IMG/VR virus record: IMGVR_UViG_3300034349_000034
Location: 1-54,704 of that record
Length of the DNA stretch: 54,704 nucleotides
Direction: 5' to 3' (one strand)
Origin: a virus
Lineage: Duplodnaviria > Caudoviricetes
Part shown: positions 34,308 to 44,002 of the stretch, piece after piece
Layout: each line of letters starts with the position of its first letter
Position numbering within the stretch: the first letter of the stretch is position 1
Made by a program: the position numbers and the translations under genes
Notes under the pieces: model-generated
Databases searched by the model: none
Told to the model about the DNA's origin: nothing
Seen by the model: only the letters and a program-made list of their open reading frames with translations

Positions 34308-36221
34308 TTGGTGGGGCTGCTGACCAAGAAGAAGGTCGTCCCGGCGGGGGGCGTGGACGGCCCCGGCTCACGGCCAGCGGCCCTCACCGCCGCCGCCGTC
34401 CCCATCAACCTGGGCGACGCCGCCTCCTGGCAGATGTTCAAGCTCGGCGACCACCGCTGGCAGTGGGAGGCATGGCGGCACTACGACATCTGCGGGGAGA
34501 TGCGGTTCGTCGTCAACTGGGTCGGCCAGGCCATCTCCCGGTGCCGGATGTACGCGGCGCAGGTCACCGACGACGGCACGATCGGCGACGAGACCGACGA
34601 CGCCAAGGTCAAGATGATCGCCGAAACGATGTTCGGCACGGCCGCCAGCAAGGCGCAGGCCCAGCGTTTGATGGGCATCAACATGATGGTCGCCGGGGAC
34701 GTGTTCATCGTCGCCGAGGGCTACCAGAACACCAAGGAGGACAAGTGGTACGTCTGCTCCTCCAGTGAGGTGTACCGGCGCGGCGACGACATCATGGTGC
34801 GCCGGTCGATCACGCACGGCGGCGGCCAATACAAGCTGAACCCGCAGACGGACCTCCTGATCCGCGCATGGAACCCGCACCCCCGCCGGTACGACGCCGC
34901 CGACTCCACCGTCCGCGCGATCCTGCCGGTGCTCCGCGAGCTGGAGCAGTGCACCAAGCGGGTGTTCGCCGAGCTGGATTCGCGTCTGGCCGGTGCTGGC
35001 ATCCTGCTGCTCCCGGAGAACATCGACTTCCCGAAGACGCCGCAGGAGAACCCTGGCCTGCCGCAGCGCGACGGGATCGAGGGGTTCGCGGAGCTGTTGC
35101 AGCGGACCATGGCGACGTCGATGCAGCAGCGGGACAACGCCGCCGCCATCGTGCCGATCATCCTTCAGGTCGCGGTCGACGCCCTCGACAAGATCAAACA
35201 CTTGACGTTCGATTCGCAGATCTCCGAGCACATCTCGACGATGCGCAAGGACGCCGTGCAGCGCATGGCTATGTCGCTGGACATCCCGCCCGAGGTGCTG
35301 ACGGGCATGGGCGGCTCGAATCACTGGTCGTCGTGGCAGATCGAGGAATCCTCGATCAAGATCCACATCGAGCCGCTGCTCATCCAACTCGCCGACGCCC
35401 TGAACATCGGCTACTTCCAGCCCGCCCTCAAGGCATCCGGCGTCCAGAACCCGGAGAAGTACACCCTCTGGTTCGACATCGCCAACCTGACCGTCCGGCC
35501 CAACCGGTCCGAGCAGGCCATGCAGTTCTCCGACAAGGAACTGATCTCCGACGAGGCCGCCCGGAAGAACGCCGCCTTCTCCGAAGACGAGAAGCCGTCC
35601 GACGAGGAAATGCTCTACAAGCTGGTCAAGGCCCTCGTGCTGGCGCAGCCCACCTACGCGACCGACCCCGAGGTGCAGAAGGTTCTCGGCCTGCCGCCGA
35701 TCGCCACCCCCGCACCTCCGGCCGCGCCGGGCGGCGGCGACCTGATGCCGGGCGACCCCGGATACGACGAGGCCGGGTCGGAACCGGCCGACGTCGGCGC
35801 GCGTGGCCTGCCGCAGCTTCCCTCCGTCGCCGAAGCCGAAGCCGGGGGTGCGGGCAAGCTCCGCAACGTGGCGGCATCCCTCGGCGGGAGCCCCCTGTTC
35901 TACGCCGCTGACGCCGCCGTACGCCGCGCGCTGGAGCTGGCCGGGGGCCGACTGGTGGCCGGGCCCAACCGGGCCCGCTACGCCGTCCCCAAGCATGAAC
36001 TGCATACCCGGGTCGTTCCGGACGCCGCCCGCGTCCCGTCCCTGCTCGCCGGTGCGTGGACGCACGTCCGGGAGCAGGCCCCCGATCTGGGTGTGAACGC
36101 CGACATGCTGGAGTCGGTGCTGGGCAGCTACTGCACAGAGCTGCTGGTGCGGGGCCTGGCGCACGAGCCGGGCTACCTCAAGTCGATGTTGCACGAGACC
36201 AGGGGAGACCTGAAGTCATGA
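34308..36221 (+). CDS. Portal protein
   Basis: WQWEAW..YD..GE.RF, W.PHPRR...ADS, SRLAGAGILLLP, LDIPPEVLTG...NHWSSW; cluster-B-like. Confidence 0.9.
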   Translation: MVGLLTKKKVVPAGGVDGPGSRPAALTAAAVPINLGDAASWQMFKLGDHRWQWEAWRHYDICGEMRFVVNWVGQAISRCRMYAAQVTDDGTIGDETDDAKVKMIAETMFGTAASKAQAQRLMGINMMVAGDVFIVAEGYQNTKEDKWYVCSSSEVYRRGDDIMVRRSITHGGGQYKLNPQTDLLIRAWNPHPRRYDAADSTVRAILPVLRELEQCTKRVFAELDSRLAGAGILLLPENIDFPKTPQENPGLPQRDGIEGFAELLQRTMATSMQQRDNAAAIVPIILQVAVDALDKIKHLTFDSQISEHISTMRKDAVQRMAMSLDIPPEVLTGMGGSNHWSSWQIEESSIKIHIEPLLIQLADALNIGYFQPALKASGVQNPEKYTLWFDIANLTVRPNRSEQAMQFSDKELISDEAARKNAAFSEDEKPSDEEMLYKLVKALVLAQPTYATDPEVQKVLGLPPIATPAPPAAPGGGDLMPGDPGYDEAGSEPADVGARGLPQLPSVAEAEAGGAGKLRNVAASLGGSPLFYAADAAVRRALELAGGRLVAGPNRARYAVPKHELHTRVVPDAARVPSLLAGAWTHVREQAPDLGVNADMLESVLGSYCTELLVRGLAHEPGYLKSMLHETRGDLKS

Positions 36222-36475
36222 GCAGGGGTCGGTCGGTGCTGGTGCCGGGCGTCGGGCTGGTGTCGTACGTGCCGGGGCGCAGCTATGGCCGCCTGTATGT
36301 GGGCAGCAGAAGTTACTCGCCGGTAGAGGTGCCAGAAATCCCGGGGTTTTACCCCAAGGGATCGGTCGAAAAGCGGCTGAGTCGGGCAGGATCGGCCGCC
36401 ATGGGGGCCCTCCTCGGTTTCTGCCTCGTCGCCGACGGGGCCGCACTCTGGGGGCTCGCATGGCTGATCCGATGA
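36218..36475 (+). CDS. Hypothetical membrane protein
   Basis: ATGA overlap; C-terminal hydrophobic helix. Confidence 0.5.
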   Translation: MSRGRSVLVPGVGLVSYVPGRSYGRLYVGSRSYSPVEVPEIPGFYPKGSVEKRLSRAGSAAMGALLGFCLVADGAALWGLAWLIR

Positions 36476-36615
36476 TCAAGGTGAAAGGTTTCGCTACCGG
36501 CCTCGCGAAGCTCAAGGCCAAGGAAGAGCTGAAGGAGGGTGCCGAGCTGACCGCCGAGGAGGTCGCCGGGATCATCTGGGCCATCCGGCAGCTCAGGGCA
36601 GGAGCGACGCCGTGA
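36472..36615 (+). CDS. 47-aa hypothetical protein (not in ORF track)
   Basis: ATGA and GTGA overlaps on both sides. Confidence 0.5.
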   Translation: MIKVKGFATGLAKLKAKEELKEGAELTAEEVAGIIWAIRQLRAGATP

Positions 36616-37997
36616 CTCAGCCGTTGCCCACCGCCGCGCAGCAGAAAGCCGCCGCCGCCGAGGTCTTCGCCCAGTACGAGCCGCCCCTGTATGAGGCGTA
36701 TCTGGAGATGATGCTGGAGTGGATGGCCGCCGTGAAGACGGCCATGTTCGCCGGGGGCGTCGCAACCCTCGGCCTCGTGCCCGACCCGTTCACCGTTTTC
36801 TCGCAGACCCCGAAGTGGACCGCCCTCACGGCGAAGTACACCGCCGACGTGGCCCGGGAAGTTTTGGCCGCCCCGTACCGTGGCCTGTTTGCAGATGCCA
36901 ACGTGTTCGAGTCGCGGCCGTTCGTCCGGAACTGGATCGCTGAACGGGAGAACCGGCTGAACCGGCTCCCCGATGAGGTGTTCGGCCTCGTCCAGCAGGT
37001 CATTGACTCCGCAACTACGAACGGCGCAAGCATCCCCGACGTGACCGCCCAAGTCGAAGAGCTGTTCGCCGACACCAGCATCCCCACGTGGAAGAACCGG
37101 GCCCGCACCGTGGCGCGTACCGAGGTCGTCGGGGCCTACAACGGTGGCCTGCACGACGCCTTCCGCATGATCGTCGACAACGACCCCGACACCGAGTGGA
37201 TGCACCGCTGGCTCGCCACCGACGACAGCCGCACCCGCCCCGACCATGTGGAAGCCGACGGCCAGGTGCAGCCGTTCGGTACCCCGTTCACCGTCGGCGC
37301 GTTCCAGATGATGCATCCGCACGACCCGGCCGGGCCGCCGCAGGAGGTGATCAACTGCCGGTGCGTCGAACTGCTGGAGATCAAAAACGAGCCCACGAGG
37401 ATGGATGACCGGCAGACCCGCCGGTCCGTCACTGCCTCGATCACCCTCATGCAGGAAGCCTGCGATGACGGCCGGTTCTGCATGCAGACCCACAAGCCCG
37501 GCCTCTGCAAAGGCCAGAAGCGCGGGCAGTCGGAGCCCGGCGCTGTCGACGCCACCACCCGCAACCCGGCGCAGGTCGCCAAGGTCGCCGTGAAGGGCCT
37601 GTCCGACGCCATCGCGCAGGCGCAGGCCGTCGTGTCCGCCAACCCGGGAAACCCGAAACTGGCCGCCATGGCCCGCAAGGCCATCGCCGGGTACAAGAAG
37701 GCCCTCGGCCCGCACCAGCAGACCCTCAAGCAGGCCGCAGGCGACAACGCCCGCACCAAGGCCACCGGCGACCGCGACGCCCGCGAACAGGACACCCTGG
37801 ACCGGCGCGACCAGCGGCACCGCGAAACCCTCCAGAAGTCCGCTAAGCGCATCCTCGACCGCCGCGCCGAGAAGGCCAAGGAGGCGAAGATGTCGCCGAA
37901 GCAGCGCACCGCCTACCGCAAGGCAAAGGCGGCCAAAGCCAAATCGCAGCGTGAAGCGCAGGAGAACCAGACCCTGAAAGAAGCGGCGAAGAAGTGA
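36612..37997 (+). CDS. MuF-like minor head protein with basic C-terminal extension
   Basis: RARTVARTE, WLATDDSRTRPDHVEADGQ, P.DP.GPPQEVINCRC. Confidence 0.9.
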   Translation: MTQPLPTAAQQKAAAAEVFAQYEPPLYEAYLEMMLEWMAAVKTAMFAGGVATLGLVPDPFTVFSQTPKWTALTAKYTADVAREVLAAPYRGLFADANVFESRPFVRNWIAERENRLNRLPDEVFGLVQQVIDSATTNGASIPDVTAQVEELFADTSIPTWKNRARTVARTEVVGAYNGGLHDAFRMIVDNDPDTEWMHRWLATDDSRTRPDHVEADGQVQPFGTPFTVGAFQMMHPHDPAGPPQEVINCRCVELLEIKNEPTRMDDRQTRRSVTASITLMQEACDDGRFCMQTHKPGLCKGQKRGQSEPGAVDATTRNPAQVAKVAVKGLSDAIAQAQAVVSANPGNPKLAAMARKAIAGYKKALGPHQQTLKQAAGDNARTKATGDRDAREQDTLDRRDQRHRETLQKSAKRILDRRAEKAKEAKMSPKQRTAYRKAKAAKAKSQREAQENQTLKEAAKK

Positions 37998-38056
37998 CCG
38001 GCCAGGGCCCGCCGCGTCGCCCGTTCATGATCAAAAACAACCGCTAGGATCGTGGC

Positions 38057-41000
38057 ATGACGACGCTCGGGACCATGGTCGGCAAGGGCAACTTCTTCGT
38101 AGCCCCGCTGTGCGTCCCCGGGCAGCTCGATCTGAACGCCGTTGCCGTCTCGATCGCCTCGTCCATGGTCGCCGCCGGGTTCAGCCCTGGCCCCAGTTCC
38201 ATCCTCGCCAGCCTGGTCGCCTGGACCATGCAGGACGACGACGCGCATGAGCCGTGCTCGCTGACCGCCTGCCGTCACCCGCTGCACCCCGGCCCCTGCA
38301 AGGGATGGAAAGGCACCCTCCACCAGGTCTCCCCCGGCACCTACAAGCAGATCGAAGAGGAGCGGGTCCGCAAGGCCAACGAGCGGCGCGTAAAGCGGAT
38401 CGCCGACCTGAAGGCCCAGGGCAAGCCCATCCCCCGCCGCCTCCTCACGGAGATCAAGCCGAAGCCCGCCCCGACCACGCACGCCGCGCAGAACGCCTCC
38501 ACCGTCCCCCTCGGCCAGGTCAACCAGAAAGCCGACCTCGCGGGCGGGCAGGCACACGCCGCCGGGCAGGCCGTGTCCAAGGCGGCAGGCGTCCAGGTCA
38601 AGACGGCCCCGCCGCTGCCGCTCGGGCCGAAGCAGAAGAAGCCGACCGTCGCCGGTCGCGGCCCCGCATTCGTCATCACCCAGCCGAAGGTCACCGACAC
38701 CTACAAGCTGGACAAGGCCGACAAGATCACCCCGCAGCAGTGGGATGACCTGTCCGACGCCGACAAGACGGCCATCCGCAACGAGCTGACCGCCATCAAG
38801 GCGCGTGGCTTCGGCCCGCAGCAGACCAAGGCCGACGCCCTCCTGGCCAAGCTGCCCGCCGCCACCCCCGGCAGTAAGCCGTCCACCGCCAACCCGGGAG
38901 CCGTCAACCAGCCGAACCCGACACCGGGCAAGGTCACCCTCGGCCAGGCCGTCAAGACGCCGCAGCTCCCCGCCCCGGCACCCTCTTCCGGCCGGGGCAC
39001 CCGCGACCAGAACGGCATCCTCGTCAAGGCGGCACCTGGTGGCGCTGTCACCTCCACCTCGGTCGGTCTGCCCAACGGCTACCGGATCACCCGCGACGGC
39101 ATGGGCTACAGCCTCAAGCACAACGGGAAGCTGATTCGCACCAGCGCCGACCAGGCATCCTTGGAGAAGTACGCCAAGGATCACGCCGCAGGAAACACCG
39201 CCGGGCACGTGCCGTCGATCGCCGACCAGCTCAAGGGCAACTCTTCGACGCCGGTACCGCCGTCGAAGACGCTGGGCACCCCGCCGACCGCCCCGCCCGC
39301 ACGGACTGGCCCGGACATCGTCGACCAGGTAAAGAAGGCGCAGGACCCGGCCAACAAGCTTCCCGCCCCCGCCCGCACCTTCGTTTACCGGAAGCTGACC
39401 AAGGCCCAGTTCGACGGCCTCGACGATGCCACCAAGAAGCAGATCGTCGCCGACCTGGACGAGCAGATCAGCAACGGCGCTGGGCCGACGACCCGCAAGA
39501 ACGCCGCTGACCTGAAGGACAAGTTCGGCGTGTCCGGGGCGTCGTCCAAGCCATCGCAGGCGGCCCCGGCCTCGTCGCCTGCCACCTCCGGCCCGACGCC
39601 TTCCGCGCCGCTGCCCCCGGGCACCCCGCCCGCCGTGCAGCACGCCAACGCCGTCGCCAACCGGTCCGCGCCCAAGGCGCAGATGGCGAAGACCCACCTC
39701 GACGCCTACGGGAAGCTGTCCAAGGCCGACTTTGACAGCCTGTCTCCGGCCGCGCAGAAGACGATCCGCGATGACCTGGCCAACGCAAAGGGGAAGTTCC
39801 TCGACCCGAAGAAGCAGAAGGACGCCGCCGACCTCCTCGACCGGTTCGGCGCGAAGCACTCCACGACTACCCCGGCCGCGCCGGGCAACGCCAAGGGGTA
39901 CAGCGACCCGCAGCAGGAAGCCGTCAAGGCGACCAGCTCTGGCCTGATCAGCACCGACGACGTGCTGAAGACCGTTGGCCGTCTCAGCCCGGACAGCGTC
40001 AAGGGCCTCGACGACGCCGACCGTAAGCGCCTACTCGGCCGTCTCGCGTTTGTGGCCACCCACCCGAAGGCCACCCCCGAGCAGAAGGCCAAGGCTGCCG
40101 CGTACGGCCGGATCATCAACGGCGGCTCCCGGGTGCCCGCCGGGCAGAAGTGGGACCACGCCCCGTCGATCGGGGAGCTGCACCGCGAGGAGGAGAAGGG
40201 CGGCCACGCCGCCACGTTTGACGCCCTCGTCGCCGCGCAGGACAAGACGATGGACCGCGCCGACCGAATCAAGGCGCTCTCTGCTCTGACTCCGGCGCAG
40301 TTCAAGGCCCTCCCCGACGTTGAGCAGCGCCGTATCACCGACGCGCTGACCGACCTGCACGTCATCAGGGGCACCAATTCGTCGACCGGGGCGGGTAGGG
40401 ATCAGGCAGTCGCTGACGCGATCGAGCGCTACACCGGCGAGCAGCCCGGAATCTTCCGACTGAAGCAGGCCGAGGCCGACTTCCGCGCCGGGAAGATCAA
40501 CGCCGACAAGCTGCACACGGAGCTGCTCCACGCCCGCGTGCAGGACCCCGGGTCCGCCCACACCCCGGGGTCGCCTGGCGACAAGCTGGCCAAGGAGGCT
40601 AAGCGGGTCGCCGAGGACAACCCGTCGCTGCCGCTGTGGCTGCGCGCCACCATGATCGAAAACAAGTACGGCACTCCGGCTTACAACTCGGTGTCGATGG
40701 CGGAGAACCAGTACAACTGGAAGCCCGCCCCCCGGCTCTCCGCCGGGGACCTCTCCAGCCTGTTCCGGGCCCCCGCCGCCGACCTGGCGGCCCTGCACCC
40801 GATCCAGGCCGAAGCCGTCAAGAGGCTCCGCCTGCACGTCCTGAAGACCGGTCTGGCCCCCGGCAGCCCGTGGTCAAAGGCAACGCAGGGCGTGGCCGTT
40901 GATGCCTTCCTGGGCACCTCGTACAGCCCGGAAGTCCAGCCGCACCGGCTCCGCGAATTCGAGGCGCTGCCCGACGCCGTCAAGTTCCGGGTACGCGAGA

Positions 41001-43567
41001 CGTTGCGCGACCGGGTCGCCCAGCAGAGCGATGCTCACGCCAAGGTGGGCACCTACATCACGTTGCGGGACATCGACGGGCAGGGCCGCCACGAGCCCAA
41101 GGTTCACGCCGCGCTTCTGGCCGCTTCCGACTCGTTCGGCAACCCGGGTGACCTGGACACCTACGGGGCGCTGACCCCGAGCCAGTTCCAGAACGATCTT
41201 CCCCGCTATGCCCGTGAAGCCATTGATAAGCGCCTGAATAGGTTGCAGATCCGGGCTGAGGGGAACGGCCCGATCCGCACCTGGGCGTCGGCCGATGACC
41301 CGCTGAAGGTGATGCCGGGCGCTCTGCTGGCCCACCTCGACGGCAGTCAGAAGAGCTACGGCGACCGGCGCTTGGACAACGCCGCCGCCATCGCCCGCCA
41401 CGGTGACAAGATCATCAACCCGTTCGACCGCACCCGCGCCTACCGCGACGTCCCCATCGGCCGTTTCCGGACGATGGACTCCGCCGACCAGGCCCGGATT
41501 TCCGGCGACCTCGACAGCATCGTCAGCGACGGCGCGCTCACCCTGACCGTCCGCTACAACGCCCAGTTCACCAAGGATGTCGGCCTGGGTGGTGGCCTGA
41601 ATCAAGGAGCCGCCCCGCTGAAGCTGGAGCAGCTTGTCGCCGTCGGCTCAGTCGACCCGACGTTCGGCAACCAGCAGCCGGACAGCGCCGTCGTAGCCGC
41701 CCTCACTGACCTGTCCAAGGCCGACTTCGACAGCCTGGCCCCCGTCTACCGGGAGACCATCGACGACCGCATCAGGCAGCTCCCCGGCGCGCAGCAACAA
41801 GCACTGACAGCGAAGTTCCACCCGGCTGCCCCGGCCGCCGCCGGACCGTCCGGTGTTGCGCCGACGTCCGTGCAGGCGAACGTGCCGCCGCACGTGCAAG
41901 AAGCATTGGACACCCTGTACGGCGTACACGCGTCCGGTAAGTCTCACACGATGGCGCACCAGCTCAAGGTGTACGGGGCGCTGCGCGGGTCCGATTTCCA
42001 GCAGTTCAACCCGCAGGAGCAGAGCCAGCTCCTCGGCGACTTGTCGTTCATCGCCACTACCGCCAAGGGGCCGTCGGCCGACAAGGCGAAGAAGCTGATC
42101 GACCGGTTCACGCCGCCCGGCACCCCGGCCGGGCAGGTCGGCACCCCGGCGATCATCCCCCCGGCCAACTCCGTTCAGGGTCAGGTGCGCTACGCCACTC
42201 CGCTGAAGGGCCTCGCCAAGGCGAAGGATTCGGGGAAGTCCGGCGACGGTTGGATCACCCTGCCGGGCGGGCAGCGCGTGTGGGGCGCGCACGGTGCTGC
42301 TGGCCTGCTCCTCCAGCACGTTGACCCGCAGACTGGCGAGAAGCGCTATCTGATGGTGCAGCGCGGGCCCGCCATCTCCGACCCCGGCAAGTGGACGTTC
42401 CCTGGCGGAGCCAGCGACTCGAAGGAAACCCCGCACGAAGGTGCCACCCGGGAGACCATCGAAGAGCTGGGCCTGAAGGACGACGTTTTCAAGGATGCCC
42501 TTGTTCACGGCGACCACACGTTCACCGTCCCGGGCTCGACCTGGAAGTACACGACGGTTGCCGCGCAGGTCCCGAACATGATCAAGCCGGATCTGTCGAC
42601 CGCCCACGCGCGGGCCGAGACTTCGGATGCGAAGTGGCTGACCCTCGCCGAGATCCAGGCACTCGACAAGTCCGGCAAGCTGCACCACCCCATCGCGGGC
42701 GGCAAGCTGGAGCAGAACGTTATCTCCCTGTTCCCGCAGACTGCCGGGCTCACGCTGGGCCAGATCGCCCGGCCCGGCCCGGTCACGAAGCGCCTCGGGC
42801 GGCTGCGCATGCCTGCCGGTGGCCGCCAGACCCCGGCGAACTTCAACGCCTGGCCGCACGCCCACAAGCCGTCGAAGGGCAAGGATCTGATCCCGGACAA
42901 GGCGGCGTTCGACGCGCAGCGGCAGAAGATCAAGCAGGACCGGAAGCTGTACGACGGCAAGACGGCCGACGGCCGCCTGGCCGCGATCGGCGCGCAGCAG
43001 GGCTTCGACGACACCCCGACCGTTCTCGACAAGAAGGAGATCGACCGGCTCCTGGCGACCGGCGACTACATCGAGGTGTTCCGGGGCGTGTCCGGCGCGG
43101 GCGGCTCGGCGGGCTGGCGCTCGCGGGGCAACTCCGGCGGCAAGACGGCTGCGCAGATCAACGAGGAGATGCGGTCCGGCCCGGCCTACTACGGCAAGGG
43201 GATCTTCGGTAACGGCTACTACCTGGCCACGCAGCGCCAGGTGGCCACGCAGTACGCCGACGGCACCAACGGGTCGATTGCTCGGATGCTCATTCCGAAG
43301 AGCGCCATCACGAAGAAGTACGACAGGGTCAAGGCGGAGGCATTCAAGAACCCCCGCCAGTCGAAGGCCAAGGGGGCTTCCTCCTACGAGGAGTCGACCT
43401 TCTACGACCCGGGCCGGTACGCCGCCGCGAAGGGCATCGACGGTATCGAGATCGAACCGCACCACATGTCCCCCCGTGGCGGCGCACGCCACGTGGCCTC
43501 CCCCGGCAAGCCTGCCTTCAACTGGCTCAACCGGTCCGTACTGATCATGCAGAAGGAGCCCGGGTGA
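38057..43567 (+). CDS. 1836-aa multidomain protein: helical repeats, Nudix hydrolase, ADP-ribosyltransferase-like C-terminus
   Basis: Nudix box GGASDSKETPHEGATRETIEELG preceded by WGAHGAAGLLL; C-terminal VFRG...GKGIFGNGYYLA....A..YA...KGIDG; lies between MuF and protease. Confidence 0.75.
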   Translation: MTTLGTMVGKGNFFVAPLCVPGQLDLNAVAVSIASSMVAAGFSPGPSSILASLVAWTMQDDDAHEPCSLTACRHPLHPGPCKGWKGTLHQVSPGTYKQIEEERVRKANERRVKRIADLKAQGKPIPRRLLTEIKPKPAPTTHAAQNASTVPLGQVNQKADLAGGQAHAAGQAVSKAAGVQVKTAPPLPLGPKQKKPTVAGRGPAFVITQPKVTDTYKLDKADKITPQQWDDLSDADKTAIRNELTAIKARGFGPQQTKADALLAKLPAATPGSKPSTANPGAVNQPNPTPGKVTLGQAVKTPQLPAPAPSSGRGTRDQNGILVKAAPGGAVTSTSVGLPNGYRITRDGMGYSLKHNGKLIRTSADQASLEKYAKDHAAGNTAGHVPSIADQLKGNSSTPVPPSKTLGTPPTAPPARTGPDIVDQVKKAQDPANKLPAPARTFVYRKLTKAQFDGLDDATKKQIVADLDEQISNGAGPTTRKNAADLKDKFGVSGASSKPSQAAPASSPATSGPTPSAPLPPGTPPAVQHANAVANRSAPKAQMAKTHLDAYGKLSKADFDSLSPAAQKTIRDDLANAKGKFLDPKKQKDAADLLDRFGAKHSTTTPAAPGNAKGYSDPQQEAVKATSSGLISTDDVLKTVGRLSPDSVKGLDDADRKRLLGRLAFVATHPKATPEQKAKAAAYGRIINGGSRVPAGQKWDHAPSIGELHREEEKGGHAATFDALVAAQDKTMDRADRIKALSALTPAQFKALPDVEQRRITDALTDLHVIRGTNSSTGAGRDQAVADAIERYTGEQPGIFRLKQAEADFRAGKINADKLHTELLHARVQDPGSAHTPGSPGDKLAKEAKRVAEDNPSLPLWLRATMIENKYGTPAYNSVSMAENQYNWKPAPRLSAGDLSSLFRAPAADLAALHPIQAEAVKRLRLHVLKTGLAPGSPWSKATQGVAVDAFLGTSYSPEVQPHRLREFEALPDAVKFRVRETLRDRVAQQSDAHAKVGTYITLRDIDGQGRHEPKVHAALLAASDSFGNPGDLDTYGALTPSQFQNDLPRYAREAIDKRLNRLQIRAEGNGPIRTWASADDPLKVMPGALLAHLDGSQKSYGDRRLDNAAAIARHGDKIINPFDRTRAYRDVPIGRFRTMDSADQARISGDLDSIVSDGALTLTVRYNAQFTKDVGLGGGLNQGAAPLKLEQLVAVGSVDPTFGNQQPDSAVVAALTDLSKADFDSLAPVYRETIDDRIRQLPGAQQQALTAKFHPAAPAAAGPSGVAPTSVQANVPPHVQEALDTLYGVHASGKSHTMAHQLKVYGALRGSDFQQFNPQEQSQLLGDLSFIATTAKGPSADKAKKLIDRFTPPGTPAGQVGTPAIIPPANSVQGQVRYATPLKGLAKAKDSGKSGDGWITLPGGQRVWGAHGAAGLLLQHVDPQTGEKRYLMVQRGPAISDPGKWTFPGGASDSKETPHEGATRETIEELGLKDDVFKDALVHGDHTFTVPGSTWKYTTVAAQVPNMIKPDLSTAHARAETSDAKWLTLAEIQALDKSGKLHHPIAGGKLEQNVISLFPQTAGLTLGQIARPGPVTKRLGRLRMPAGGRQTPANFNAWPHAHKPSKGKDLIPDKAAFDAQRQKIKQDRKLYDGKTADGRLAAIGAQQGFDDTPTVLDKKEIDRLLATGDYIEVFRGVSGAGGSAGWRSRGNSGGKTAAQINEEMRSGPAYYGKGIFGNGYYLATQRQVATQYADGTNGSIARMLIPKSAITKKYDRVKAEAFKNPRQSKAKGASSYEESTFYDPGRYAAAKGIDGIEIEPHHMSPRGGARHVASPGKPAFNWLNRSVLIMQKEPG

Positions 43568-43797
43568 ACGCCGTAGGGCAGTTGTTCCACCGCCTCAGTG
43601 AAGCCCTCGGAGGGCACGACGCCACCCCTGAGGAACGTGACCAGATCCTGTCCGCCTGGACCGCAGCGGGCGGGCAGGATGAGGCCACCTGGGAGAAGCT
43701 TCCCCTCGGCGTGCAGCACCTCGTCGGGCAGATCGAGAAGCGCGAACCGCAATCGTGGGGCGACCCGGCCGACCTCCCCGGCCAGCAGAACATCTGA
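43564..43797 (+). CDS. Small acidic hypothetical protein
   Basis: GTGA-coupled to the giant ORF. Confidence 0.6.
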   Translation: MNAVGQLFHRLSEALGGHDATPEERDQILSAWTAAGGQDEATWEKLPLGVQHLVGQIEKREPQSWGDPADLPGQQNI

Positions 43798-43840
43798 TCG
43801 ATTGACAGACGTCGTAGCGTTGAAGCTGACAGAAGGAGAG

Positions 43841-43957
43841 ATGACCGTGAAGAAGATCTTCGACCGCATCGCCCTGGCTGCCGAGCTTGCTCCCGGCGTG
43901 CTGCTCATCATCGGCGGCCTCGCCCTGGCCGTCGGCAACCGCGCGCTCTGGCTGTAG
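43841..43957 (+). CDS. 38-aa membrane peptide
   Basis: RBS AAGGAG; one hydrophobic helix. Confidence 0.45.
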   Translation: MTVKKIFDRIALAAELAPGVLLIIGGLALAVGNRALWL

Positions 43958-44002
43958 GAAAAGCCAAGGCCGTATCCTGGCCAGCAACGAAAGGGGCACC
44001 GC

